A stretch of DNA of 63,957 bases, filler included, from an uncultured bacterium (GTDB lineage: Bacteria > Hinthialibacterota > Hinthialibacteria > Hinthialibacterales > Hinthialibacteraceae): assembly GCA_964449065.1 (NCBI GenBank). It is 5 parts of 5 records of this genome, joined end to end, with 100 filler letters (N's around TTAATTAATTAA, not from the genome) between each part and the next. Parts side by side here need not be neighbours in the genome. Positions count along the whole stretch, not along the records: positions 41,789 to 55,591 come from CAYVAZ010000129.1; positions 55,692 to 63,957 come from CAYVAZ010000223.1; 3 more parts are not named here. One strand, written 5' to 3'. Below are positions 47,440 through 58,712 of this stretch, in pieces (within the stretch, counting starts at the first letter, position 1; the number at the start of each line of letters is the position of its first letter). Under the pieces are notes generated by a model. The model was not told the DNA's origin, searched no databases, and saw only the letters and a program-made list of their open reading frames with translations. A program made the position numbers and the translations under genes.

Positions 47440-48404
47440 CAGAACTGAATCAGCCCCATGACCGCTTTTTCAGCAAAGCATTTTCCCGCGTGGATATTGC
47501 CGAAGATATACTCATAAACAATATCACCGCACTCGCAGACCTGATTGTACCAGGCTCTTTAGAATTCACCGGCGAAAAATTCGTCAACGCGGAATTGGAC
47601 CGGTTTTATTCTGACCTTTTGATGAAAGCTCAACTGAAAAATCAAGAAACCGCCTTTATCTATTTTTTGGTAGAGCACAAAAGCTTTCTCGAACTCCAAA
47701 TATCCTTTGACTTGTTGAAATACATGATACAAATATGGGACAAAGTGAAGGAAAAAGGCAAACCATTGCCATTTGTATTTCCCGTGGTGATTTATCATGG
47801 AAAACAAAAATGGAAAGCGGGCACCAATTTTTCGGGCCTCGTAAAGATTCCTGCGGGTATGGAAGAGTACACACCGCGTTTTAACTATTACTTATTAGAC
47901 CTATCACAATTCAAAGATGAAGATCTTAAAGGGACAATTCTCAGCCGTGTCGTTTTGTTATTGATGAAACATATATATGACGATGATTTTGGCGAACAAT
48001 TCATATCCATATGCGGTTTACTTGCAGAATTGCATGAAGAAAAAACCGCTTTGGAATTTATGCGCAGTATAGTAGAATATGCAGGCAATGCCTCTGACAA
48101 ATTAACCAGGAATCAGATGCGGGAAGGCGTGAAGAAAGCGCTTCCGCAAACGGGAGACGAAATCATGCCCACACTGTTTGAAGAAATCAGACAAGAAGGA
48201 AGACAAGAAGGAAGAAGGGAAGGTTTGCTCAAAGGAATCCAACTGGCGTTAGAACTTCAATACGGCGCGGAAGGATTGGATTTATATCCACAAATAGAAA
48301 ATTACGACTCTGAAGAAACGCTGAATCGGGTTGAAGATGCTTTAAGAAAGAAACCATCTCTGGAAGATTTTAAACTTCAACTCAGCACAATCATCCGGTC
48401 CTGA
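47436..48404 (+). CDS. Rpn-family recombination-promoting nuclease / putative transposase (PD-(D/E)XK)
   Basis: PHDRFF, YSDLL, YFLVEHKS, PVVIYHG, EGRQEGRREG tail. Confidence 0.92.
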   Translation: MTELNQPHDRFFSKAFSRVDIAEDILINNITALADLIVPGSLEFTGEKFVNAELDRFYSDLLMKAQLKNQETAFIYFLVEHKSFLELQISFDLLKYMIQIWDKVKEKGKPLPFVFPVVIYHGKQKWKAGTNFSGLVKIPAGMEEYTPRFNYYLLDLSQFKDEDLKGTILSRVVLLLMKHIYDDDFGEQFISICGLLAELHEEKTALEFMRSIVEYAGNASDKLTRNQMREGVKKALPQTGDEIMPTLFEEIRQEGRQEGRREGLLKGIQLALELQYGAEGLDLYPQIENYDSEETLNRVEDALRKKPSLEDFKLQLSTIIRS

Positions 48405-48833
48405 ATTCAATCCTTCGGCAAATCCCCCGTTATCAAACGAGCACCGCGGTTATAGAATATGTCGGAAATACTTCTGATAAATTAACAAGTAATCAGATGC
48501 GGGAAGGCGTGAAGAAAGCGCTTCCGCAAACGGGAGACGAAATCATGCCCACACTGTTTGAAGAAATCAGACAAGAAGGAAGACAAGAAGGAAGAAGGGA
48601 AGGTTTGCTCAAAGGAATCCAACTGGCGTTAGAACTTCAATACGGCGCGGAAGGATTGGATTTATATCCACAAATAGAAAATTACGACTCTGAAGAAACG
48701 CTGAATCGGGTTGAAGATGCTTTAAGAAAGAAACCATCTCTGGAAGATTTTAAACTTCAACTCAGCACAATCATCCGGTCCTGAATTCAATCCTTCGGCA
48801 AATCCCCCGTTATCAAACGAGCACCGCGGTTAT
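48073..48833. repeat. 380-bp-period tandem duplication
   Basis: 48111-48453 is identical to 48491-48833; the preceding 48073-48110 vs 48453-48490 differ at 8 positions. Confidence 0.95.
48545..48784 (+). CDS. Stand-alone copy of the Rpn C-terminal domain (RpnS-like, 79 aa)
   Basis: GGAG-N8-ATG; identical to the last 79 aa of Rpn; may be an assembly artefact. Confidence 0.5.
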   Translation: MPTLFEEIRQEGRQEGRREGLLKGIQLALELQYGAEGLDLYPQIENYDSEETLNRVEDALRKKPSLEDFKLQLSTIIRS

Positions 48834-50079
48834 GGGTAAAGTAATTTATCGCCCATTGAATCGCAACCAACAACCGGTTTTCGTATTCCACCAAATTGAT
48901 AATGTGTATAAATAACCAAACCAACCAGGCGGGATAGCCGGTAAGTTTTAGCCCCGGCAAATTGGCGACCGCGCGGGCCCTTCCAATCACGGCCATAAAC
49001 CCTAAATCACGGTAGTGAAACGGTTTCACGTCATATCCTTTTACGCGCTGCTTTATTAACTTTGCCACATAACTGCCCTGCTGCATGGCAACCGGCGCAA
49101 TACCCGGCAGCGGCTGATCACCTTGATGGCTGAAGTTGGCCAGATCGCCAATCACAAAGATTTCCGGATACCCCGAGACACTGAGGTCCGGCTCCACCAT
49201 TACACGGCCGATCTTGTCGACGTTACATGTAGTCTTTTCGGCCAAAATTTTTCCCAATGGCGAAGACTGGACTCCTGCTGCCCACAAGACGGTTTTCGCG
49301 GCAATAAAATTTTCACTATCGCTGGATTTCACTGTAACTCCTCCCGGTGACACACCAACGACAAAGTGATTTTTGATAATTTTCACTCCCAGAAGTTTTA
49401 AACTTTTTTCCGCATTTTCCGATAAATCTTCGGGATACGGAGGCAAGACGCGGTCTGTTCCTTCGATCAGCATGATGTTGGCATCGCGGGTGTAGATTTG
49501 GCGGAAATCGTCTTTCAAAGTATCGTTCGCCAGTTCCGCCAAAGCGCCCGCCAGTTCAACGCCGGTGGGGCCGGCACCGACGATCACGAAATTCAGCCAT
49601 GCTCGGCGTTCTTGCTCATCTTCGCACAATTCAGCTTCTTCAAAGGCACGAAAGATGCGGTGGCGCATTTCAATGGCGTCTTCCGTGGTTTTTAAACCGG
49701 GGGCGTATTGTTCCCATTCGTCGTGGCCGAAATACGAATGGGCGGCGCCGGTGGCAACAATGAGCGTATCATATTTTACCGTTTGTTCATCCATCTTTAC
49801 CGATCGTTTTTCCGGATCAATGTCGTTCACTTCACCTAATAATACACGAATGTTTCGGTATTTGCTGACAACATGGCGGATTGGTGAAGCAATATCACCG
49901 GGAGACAAGCCCCCCGTTGCCACTTGATACAATAGGGGTTGAAACAAATGAAAATTACGCCGGTCGATGATCGTAACATCCACATCTGAATTGCGTAGAT
50001 TCAAGGCGGCATATAAACCGCCGAATCCCGCGCCGATGATGACCACTTGGTGGCGTTTTCCCTTTTTTGGTTCTACCAT
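48787..50079 (-). CDS. ndh: Type II NADH dehydrogenase
   Basis: GAGFGGL, FQPLLYQVATG, GAGPTGVELAG, APVAMQQG. Confidence 0.95.
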   Translation of the reverse strand: MVEPKKGKRHQVVIIGAGFGGLYAALNLRNSDVDVTIIDRRNFHLFQPLLYQVATGGLSPGDIASPIRHVVSKYRNIRVLLGEVNDIDPEKRSVKMDEQTVKYDTLIVATGAAHSYFGHDEWEQYAPGLKTTEDAIEMRHRIFRAFEEAELCEDEQERRAWLNFVIVGAGPTGVELAGALAELANDTLKDDFRQIYTRDANIMLIEGTDRVLPPYPEDLSENAEKSLKLLGVKIIKNHFVVGVSPGGVTVKSSDSENFIAAKTVLWAAGVQSSPLGKILAEKTTCNVDKIGRVMVEPDLSVSGYPEIFVIGDLANFSHQGDQPLPGIAPVAMQQGSYVAKLIKQRVKGYDVKPFHYRDLGFMAVIGRARAVANLPGLKLTGYPAWLVWLFIHIINLVEYENRLLVAIQWAINYFTHNRGARLITGDLPKD

Positions 50080-50174
50080 TCCAGCTCCTTATTGGTTCAT
50101 TTGCATGAGAACGAACAGGATGTAGTATATAAACTTCAACAAAACATTTAATGCTGGCGAGTTGTATTTATACC

Positions 50175-51251
50175 ATGGAAACATTAAACCGAACACACCT
50201 TGCAACGTTACACGAAACATCCCATACCGTTTGGACAAATCTCAACGGATGGGAAGTCCCGGCTCACTACGGGGATCCGGATGCGGAATATGCCGCCCTC
50301 AAAGACGGCGCCGCCATCTTCGATTTCAGCCATTGGACGGTGCTGGAAGTCACCGGCAATGAACGCAAACCGTTCCTCCACGGGATGGTGAGTAATGACG
50401 TGAACCGGCTGGTTCCCGGGATGGGAAACTATGCGCTGTTTCTAACCCCGAAAGGCAAAATGCTGGCGGACTTTACCGTGCTGGATACCGAAGAATCGCT
50501 TTTTCTTTATGGGCGTGAGTCTATTCGGGAAAACTTGTACGGCGGATTAACCAAATATCTCATTATGGAAGACGCCGAAATTCATAATAAGTCTGAAGAG
50601 TATGCATTATTCAGTGTCCAAGGCAGCGGGGCCGAAGCGATCCTAAAAAAAATTGATGATGATGTGAAAACCGCCCCGGAAACATATCACTCTACGATGA
50701 CATCCCTACAAGGCCATGCCTGCCGTATTGTGACCAACTCGCATACCGGTTACACCGGATATGACATCTTGGTGCCTATGGATCAAGCCGAAGTGATATG
50801 GAAATTGTTGCATGAGTCAGGCGGCAAACCGGCGGGGCAGGATACGCTGGAATGCGCCAGGATTGAAGCGGGCATCCCTATCATAGGGAAAGAACTGGAT
50901 GATTCGATTATCCCCCAAGAAGCGTGTCTTCACCATGCGGTATCATTCGATAAAGGGTGCTATATCGGGCAAGAGACCGTGGCACGGCTGCATTTTCGCG
51001 GACACGTCAATAAAGAACTCACCGGCTTTTTCTTAGAAACCGAAGATGAACCGGAAGATGAGTTACCTCTTCACCATGAAGGAAAAGAAGTGGGTAGAAT
51101 TACCAGCAGTGTAAAATCCAAAGCACTGAATCAAGTCATCGCGTTGGGGTATCTGCGCGTAAAACACAAACAGCCGGGGAATGTGATTACGGCGAAATAT
51201 GACCATCAAGAAATCAAAGCAACGGTACATCAATTGCCATTTCGGGAGTAA
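50175..51251 (+). CDS. YgfZ/GcvT-family folate-binding aminomethyltransferase-like protein
   Basis: KGCYIGQE YgfZ motif and GcvT fold motifs; alternative start at 50151. Confidence 0.9.
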   Translation: METLNRTHLATLHETSHTVWTNLNGWEVPAHYGDPDAEYAALKDGAAIFDFSHWTVLEVTGNERKPFLHGMVSNDVNRLVPGMGNYALFLTPKGKMLADFTVLDTEESLFLYGRESIRENLYGGLTKYLIMEDAEIHNKSEEYALFSVQGSGAEAILKKIDDDVKTAPETYHSTMTSLQGHACRIVTNSHTGYTGYDILVPMDQAEVIWKLLHESGGKPAGQDTLECARIEAGIPIIGKELDDSIIPQEACLHHAVSFDKGCYIGQETVARLHFRGHVNKELTGFFLETEDEPEDELPLHHEGKEVGRITSSVKSKALNQVIALGYLRVKHKQPGNVITAKYDHQEIKATVHQLPFRE

Positions 51252-51256
51252 GCGGC

Positions 51257-53848
51257 ATGTTGATTTTTACAGGCACTGGCCGCAGCGGTACCGGGCTCTA
51301 TGCGAAATTATTCAATGGTTACCATGAATACAAGAACGAATCCTACCGCCCCATGCTTGCCCGTTACGTTCCCGATATTGATCACCCAAAATCCGATCCT
51401 TTTGCCAACTCTGAAATCCGCTTGCGTTTCGTTCAAGAACTGCTGCAGGGAGTGGATTTAAACACCTTCTGTGATTCATCCAATCTTTACATCCATTTTT
51501 TGGATGCGTTGTACGCGCTTGACCCAAATGTCAGGATTGTTCTGGGCGTGCGCGACGGGCGCGATTTTGCCCGCAGCGGCATCACCCGCGGCTATCATGA
51601 TCCCCAACGCTACAACGGCTGGGCGATGGAACCCAATGCCGATGATCCCTATTTTAACCGGTGGAAACAAATGCATCCCGTCGAAAAAATGGCATGGTTA
51701 TGGACATCACGCAACCAAAAAGCATTAGACCGCCTTACGTTGATTCCAAAAGAAAATTGGATGACCATCCGGCTTGAAGACCTCACCGGCGAAAATAGCG
51801 GGACCTATTTAGCCCAATTGGAAGAATTCACCGGCCGCAAAGCCGTCCGCTCTTGGATTACCGTTAAGTACAATGCCAATCCGCAAAGCAATGTTCCCGA
51901 AAAAGAAAATTGGCCGCCTGCAATCCGCGACGCGTTTGAAACGATTGCCGGGGATATGATGCGGTATTTTGGATACGACATGTCTACGATTCCGCAACCG
52001 AAAACCAAGACCAATCAACAAAACCAGACGCCTTGGATACCGCTGCATGAAATTCAAACCCCGGTTCTGCAGCGCAACGTAAACGTATTACAATCAAGAG
52101 AACATGAGTTAGTAACGCTGCTGAATCATGCCAAAAGCACAGATGCGTTACAATTTCAAAAGCAGGGAAAATGGATTCGCTGCCGGACCGCTGATGAACA
52201 TCCCAAATGGATTATCGGTGAAACCGGTGTTGAACAAGATATTCAAACGCTGAAATCTCTTCTTTCAAATCAACTGCCGGATACGGGATTGCTTCTCCTC
52301 ATCGGAGGGGCCATAGGCTATGGCATCGCGGAAGTGATTCCATTCTTATTGCAGCGGCCGGATTTACGGGTTGTGGTTGTGGAACCCGGCAAAGAAAGAA
52401 TTCAGGCTTGTTTGGCCTTTGTGGATTTGCAAGAAGCGCTGATGACCGAACGCCTGCATTTTACGATTGCGCCAATAAATGCCGGTGAAATCGTTGCCCG
52501 CCTGGAGCCATTGCAACTGCTCGATTCCTTTCCATTTCATGCAATCATTTCACCCGAATTGCAAGCGCATATCAATGTTGAAGACGTTAAACAGGAATAT
52601 GAAAAACAATCCGAAAGGTATAGAGAAAAACGAAACCGGATAGTAGAAGCGTTGCGTAAAACAAAACCGTTGCCGTCAACCATCCAAAAGGTATTGCTGG
52701 TAAATTGCTGGCAGAACGCCCCCGGAGGTATCCACATTCAAGCGATTGCGCAGTCTTTGATGCGGCGGGGAATTCAAACGCAACATCTTCCGGTAAACCG
52801 GTACCGCTTCGACGGCGGCGGGGTGGAATACCGGCGCGTTTTGGAACCCCAAATTCTGGAAAACTTGCGAATGTTTCAACCGGATTTGGTGTTAAGCTAC
52901 GGCTACCATGCTCCGCATTTTGTATCGCGGGATGTGTTTGAATCGTATGGGGCGCATTGGGTGCAGGTGGTGACGAATGTGGCCTTTTATGATGAACTGC
53001 AATTTGAGGGAGAGCAAACGGTATTGATGGATGAACGCCTGACGCCGTGGTTTAAGCAAAGAGGCTATCAAAACCTGCATTTCATCCCCCTCATGGCCGA
53101 CTATCTTGCCGAACAACCCACGCCAACCAACCGGCAACTACCCATCGTATTTGTCGGCAATTCATTAGGCCTATCTGAACCGGCCGTGCAGCAGTTTATG
53201 AAGCAATGGGATGGCCGCAACGAATTGGTGGAATACATCCGCGACGCGGAAGCCGTGTTATGCGATTTTGACCGGCAAGACAATCTGTACGACTACATTG
53301 AAAACAATCCCATACCGCAAACGGAATCGGTAAAAGAGCGCTATGAAGTCTTCCGCTATCTTTTGTGCCAAGGGTCAGCGGCAAGACGTAAAACCATACT
53401 GGAAAAACTCGCTCCCATGGGATTGTCATTATTCGGCGGCGATTGGGATGCCTATTTGCCCGCGAATTCTCCCCTGCGAAAATGCCTGCGCGGTCCGCTC
53501 CCATTGCAAGAAGAAATCAAAGCGTTCTCCGTTGGAAGTATTTTCGTCAATATCCATTCGGTTGGGCATGTGACCGGACCCAACATGCGCTTCTTTAATG
53601 TGGCGGGGATGGGAGGTTTTCAAATCAGTGACGCGCCGCGGTTTGACCGTTACCTATCCGCGGGGACTGAAAATGTATACGCAAAATCTGTAGACGGGTT
53701 TTTCGAGAAGGTTCAACACTATCTCAAACATCCCAATGAGATGGATGAAATCCGCGCGCGGGGATGGCAACGGGCTCGCAGCCAGTGGACTTACAACCAC
53801 TGGCTGGATGAATTATGCAAGAAGTTGGAGATTCAAATCCCGTCTTAA
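51257..53848 (+). CDS. Sulfotransferase-like / DUF115-like / CgeB-type glycosyltransferase fusion
   Basis: N-terminal TGTGRSGT and VRDGRD; middle LLIGGAIGY..VVVVEP; C-terminal FVGN, NMRFFNVAGMGGFQI. Confidence 0.75.
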   Translation: MLIFTGTGRSGTGLYAKLFNGYHEYKNESYRPMLARYVPDIDHPKSDPFANSEIRLRFVQELLQGVDLNTFCDSSNLYIHFLDALYALDPNVRIVLGVRDGRDFARSGITRGYHDPQRYNGWAMEPNADDPYFNRWKQMHPVEKMAWLWTSRNQKALDRLTLIPKENWMTIRLEDLTGENSGTYLAQLEEFTGRKAVRSWITVKYNANPQSNVPEKENWPPAIRDAFETIAGDMMRYFGYDMSTIPQPKTKTNQQNQTPWIPLHEIQTPVLQRNVNVLQSREHELVTLLNHAKSTDALQFQKQGKWIRCRTADEHPKWIIGETGVEQDIQTLKSLLSNQLPDTGLLLLIGGAIGYGIAEVIPFLLQRPDLRVVVVEPGKERIQACLAFVDLQEALMTERLHFTIAPINAGEIVARLEPLQLLDSFPFHAIISPELQAHINVEDVKQEYEKQSERYREKRNRIVEALRKTKPLPSTIQKVLLVNCWQNAPGGIHIQAIAQSLMRRGIQTQHLPVNRYRFDGGGVEYRRVLEPQILENLRMFQPDLVLSYGYHAPHFVSRDVFESYGAHWVQVVTNVAFYDELQFEGEQTVLMDERLTPWFKQRGYQNLHFIPLMADYLAEQPTPTNRQLPIVFVGNSLGLSEPAVQQFMKQWDGRNELVEYIRDAEAVLCDFDRQDNLYDYIENNPIPQTESVKERYEVFRYLLCQGSAARRKTILEKLAPMGLSLFGGDWDAYLPANSPLRKCLRGPLPLQEEIKAFSVGSIFVNIHSVGHVTGPNMRFFNVAGMGGFQISDAPRFDRYLSAGTENVYAKSVDGFFEKVQHYLKHPNEMDEIRARGWQRARSQWTYNHWLDELCKKLEIQIPS

Positions 53849-53863
53849 AGAACGGATGTCCGC

Positions 53864-54559
53864 TTACTCACTGCTGCTGAACGAAAGCATAAATTGAAGC
53901 ACATACCAAAACATCATCGCAATCGAAGCAAACAATTGCAAAGCGGCGCCCACATAGCGTTCTTCCGGAAAGTTGTGAATGATGTTTGAGGTATCATAGA
54001 GTATTGCCCCGCCGGCCACCGCAATCATCGCCACCGCAAACCAAGTGCCCAAATTAAATCCGAAAAATGCGCTGGCAACGATTAAAATGATCGCACAAAT
54101 TATACTCCAGCCGATGAATCCACCCAAGAACGAGAAATCTTTGCGTGTGTAAAACGCGATCATGGTCAGGCCGGTCGCTCCCAAAAGCGTTACCGCGCCC
54201 GCGCGCATGATAACACCAGGCGCAATAAAGGAAGCCATAGCCAATAAGGGGACAAAAATGACGCACTCCGCAATAATGAATAGAAACAACCCCAAATATT
54301 GCATGGGCAAAGAATCAGAGGTATTCGCAAAGCGGCTGGCGATCCAACTGGCGGCAATAAAGAGCCCCAATGGAATCAACCAATTCACGCTTAACAAGGC
54401 CGAAGCAATGGGGGCGGCTAATCCCGATACAAACAAAAATCCTTCAATACACACAAACGCGATGATGGCCGCGAATAAGTGCAAATAGGTTTTTATGATA
54501 AAAGACGCGCGCGATTCTATATACGCGTCGGAACGGGCAATATCGGCTTGAAAGTTCAT
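53864..54559 (-). CDS. Bax inhibitor-1/YccA family membrane protein
   Basis: FIIKTYLHL, TRKDFSFL, ILYDTSNI, AALQLF; GAGGAG RBS before ATG 54559. Confidence 0.92.
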   Translation of the reverse strand: MNFQADIARSDAYIESRASFIIKTYLHLFAAIIAFVCIEGFLFVSGLAAPIASALLSVNWLIPLGLFIAASWIASRFANTSDSLPMQYLGLFLFIIAECVIFVPLLAMASFIAPGVIMRAGAVTLLGATGLTMIAFYTRKDFSFLGGFIGWSIICAIILIVASAFFGFNLGTWFAVAMIAVAGGAILYDTSNIIHNFPEERYVGAALQLFASIAMMFWYVLQFMLSFSSSE

Positions 54560-54682
54560 CTTGTTCTCCTCAGTCAATAAGTTGATGAGTAGTATACGAT
54601 ATTCACAACCCAAACGCAATTGCATGATATGAAATACAGGCATCTTGCCTGCTTAGAGCACTTACCAAAATCATGTTCGTTT

Positions 54683-54708
54683 TGGGAGGGCGAGGCTCCC
54701 GCCGAGCC
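54683..54708. repeat. GGAG-type REP (with further REP remnants between 54635 and 54870)
   Basis: TGGGAGGGCGAGGCTCCCGCCGAGCC; nearby CAGGCATCTTGCCTGC and GTAGGGTGGGCTCAA...GTAGCCCACC. Confidence 0.75.
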
Positions 54709-54926
54709 GGAAGTGCAGTTATAATTCCATTTTAAATAAAAACTGTCCGTTATATTGGTAGGGTATTGGTAGGGTGGGCTCAACACTCTTACAAGCTTGA
54801 TTACGCTTTATGTCAAAGCGGGTGCATGCCTGAATCCAACCGAAAGGCTTTTGTCCGGTAGCCCACCAGTCATACTGCTTATCCACTCTGCTTTTTTATT
54901 ACAGAATGCAACCCGCTACTACCCTA

Positions 54927-55591
54927 TTACGATTCATTCAGTTCTTTGGAACGCATGGCGGCGCGGCGCACGGCTTCGCGCATCATTTCAGGGAGTTGAT
55001 AGTCTGTTAGGGCAGAAAGTCCCGCTTCGGTGGTACCGCCCGGGGTGGCGACTTTGCGCACCAGCTCTCCGGGATCGTCGTCACGCTGTTTCAGCACTTC
55101 CGCTGCACCCGCAAGCGTTTCGGTGACAAGATGGCGGGCGGTGGGTTCGTCCAACCCTTGCAGGACAGCCCCTTTGATAAAGTGTTCAGCCAGCATGAAG
55201 ATATAGCCCGGCCCGCTTCCGGAAACCGCGGTGACAACATCCTGCAGCGGTTCATCCACTTCCACCACATCACCAACAGCACGCAACACCTTGCGGACGA
55301 ACGCGCGTTGGTCTTCCGGCAAATCGGGTGGAAAGCTGATGGCGCTTATGCCCCGCCCAACTTGCGCGGGCAGGTTGGGCATGACGCGGATGACGCGGTT
55401 CCCGTACCCCAACGCCCCGGCAAGTTTACCGCGGCTTTGCCCGGCGAGAATGGAGATGATGAGATGCTCATCCGATAGATGCGGTTGAAGTTCATCTTTG
55501 ATTTCATACACGATTTTCGGTTTAACAGCCAGCAAAACCGTTTTGGATTGCTTGGGCGCCTCAGCATTATCTTGCGTAGTTTCGACACCAT
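54927..55591 (-). CDS. proC: Pyrroline-5-carboxylate reductase (5' end lost at contig edge)
   Basis: LAVKP, RVMPN, TAVSGSGPGY, VATPGGTT. Confidence 0.95.
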
Positions 55592-55691
55592 NNNNNNNNN
55601 NNNNNNNNNNNNNNNNNNNNNNNNNNNNNNNNNNNTTAATTAATTAANNNNNNNNNNNNNNNNNNNNNNNNNNNNNNNNNNNNNNNNNNNN
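55592..55691. other. Artificial contig linker
   Basis: 44N-TTAATTAATTAA-44N. Confidence 0.99.
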
Positions 55692-55822
55692 GAGGGGGTG
55701 CGAAGAGAACCATAAACCAGAATGATTCAACCGGTTTTAAAGAAGTTTTTTCCTGGGCAATCAAACGAAGCAATCTGTTAAGCCATTTTGATTTTAGTGA
55801 ACAATCCCAATGGGAAACGGTA
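55692..55822. mobile_element. Partial TACC-type MITE at contig start
   Basis: Near-identical to the last ~130 bp of 56925-57107; ends GGAAACGGTA-TTA. Confidence 0.8.
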
Positions 55823-55875
55823 TTAGATACTCCATATCCGGCGCACGTCCCGGATAGCACCGGGTGAAACCGAAT

Positions 55876-56121
55876 CCATTCATTCAAGGTACGGTGCATT
55901 CGTTCTTGCCGTCCATTTTGATCCGGGCGCGCGGGTTGAATCCGTAACGGATGAATCCCCAATTTAATCCACCACACCGCTAACTGGGATAATCCCGCCA
56001 CTCCCATCGACGCAAAAGGAGGTCCGTTCATGCTTCGAATGGCGGGCATTCCGTACGCGCGAAACACGCGTTCCAGGACAGCCTTCCTAAATCGAACAGA
56101 CTCTTGGCAACGGCTCAACCG
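55876..56121 (-). pseudogene. IS481/IS3-type integrase-core transposase remnant
   Basis: F..YGMP.IRSMNGPPFAS...LGI...RIQP.RPDQNGRQERMHRTL; the catalytic Asp of SDNG is absent. Confidence 0.8.
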
Positions 56122-56131
56122 CTCGGTTCCA

Positions 56132-56614
56132 TCACTCCAAATCGCCGGGGTGTTCGGTTGAAGTTCTGATTGTGTTCCGGTCTTGTAGCGCCTGTTGCTT
56201 TTCTTCCGGTGTAAAGACCACTTTATTGGTAAGAAGATCATTCAATATCCATCCTTCATGCCCGTTCCACACTTGAACGCGAATCCAGCCGGATTCATGG
56301 GGGGAGGCGAGTATGGTGACTTGCAGGCCGCGGGTAAGGGCGACTATCGGCGCGGCGCTGTTGGACGGTTGCTCCCGCAAAAAGGTGTTCACCCCGATTA
56401 AGACAGTCTCCGTGGCGGAAACGGAATCGACATCGGCCACCGAATATTGAAACACCCGTTTCTCCGGCGTGATGATTGTAATAAGGATGTGCTCAAACAA
56501 CCGCGCGACCACGATCCCTTCGCGTTCACCAAAGGAAGTTTGCACGCTGGCCGCGTCTGCCGGGAGTGTATGAAAAAGAAAAAACGAGATGATGGCAAAT
56601 AGTGTTCCCCGCAT
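56132..56614 (-). CDS. Secreted SH3b-domain protein
   Basis: Signal peptide ending ADA; LREQPS..APIV..L..G..V.IL....GWIRV......GWI. Confidence 0.8.
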   Translation of the reverse strand: MRGTLFAIISFFLFHTLPADAASVQTSFGEREGIVVARLFEHILITIITPEKRVFQYSVADVDSVSATETVLIGVNTFLREQPSNSAAPIVALTRGLQVTILASPHESGWIRVQVWNGHEGWILNDLLTNKVVFTPEEKQQALQDRNTIRTSTEHPGDLE

Positions 56615-56924
56615 GTACACACCTTTATTTGAGTTGTGTTCCAATCGTATCCATCTCATCCTATATTAAGAAGGACGGTTTGGATACGCTTGCGAAGGGA
56701 AATGAAGAAACCGCGAACAAACGCGAATCTATGCGGTTGGCTGTAGAATGCGGGTGCCGTTTCGGCGTTTGGAATGAGCGGGTTCTTCCTTCGGGCGCAT
56801 GTCCTCTCTCTCAGTAAAAAAAAGTTGTTCCAGAGAAACAATAAGATTGAAGTGCATAGACTGCCCATCGATCCCCACCCCTAACCCCATGCTACCGACT
56901 GTAAGAAATCAACCTGAAAAACAA

Positions 56925-57107
56925 CGCTTTGTCTCCCCCAAAGCATTTGGGGGAGATGTCCGGCGCAAGGAGGACAGAGGGGGTGCGAAGAGAACCATAA
57001 ACCAGAATGATTCAACCGGTTTTAAAGAAGTTTTTTCCTGGGCAATCAAACGAAGCAATCGGTGAAGCCGTTTTGATTTGCGTGAACAATCCAAATTGGA
57101 AATGGTA
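56925..57107. mobile_element. TACC-type MITE (left end not resolved)
   Basis: Reverse complement of about 32808-32990; ends TTGGAAATGGTA. Confidence 0.75.
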
Positions 57108-57153
57108 TGATGCCGCATAACCAGCAAGAGAAGTGACATGCACCTTCTTCCTT

Positions 57154-58677
<1,524 letters not shown>

Positions 58678-58712
58678 GATGCCTTACCTTTTTCGTAGAG
58701 TCAGTCCGAATG

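Noticed and set aside
55636..56241. 201-aa ORF as an intact transposase
   Set aside because: Chimera of SH3-gene overlap, a decayed integrase core, MITE sequence and Ns.
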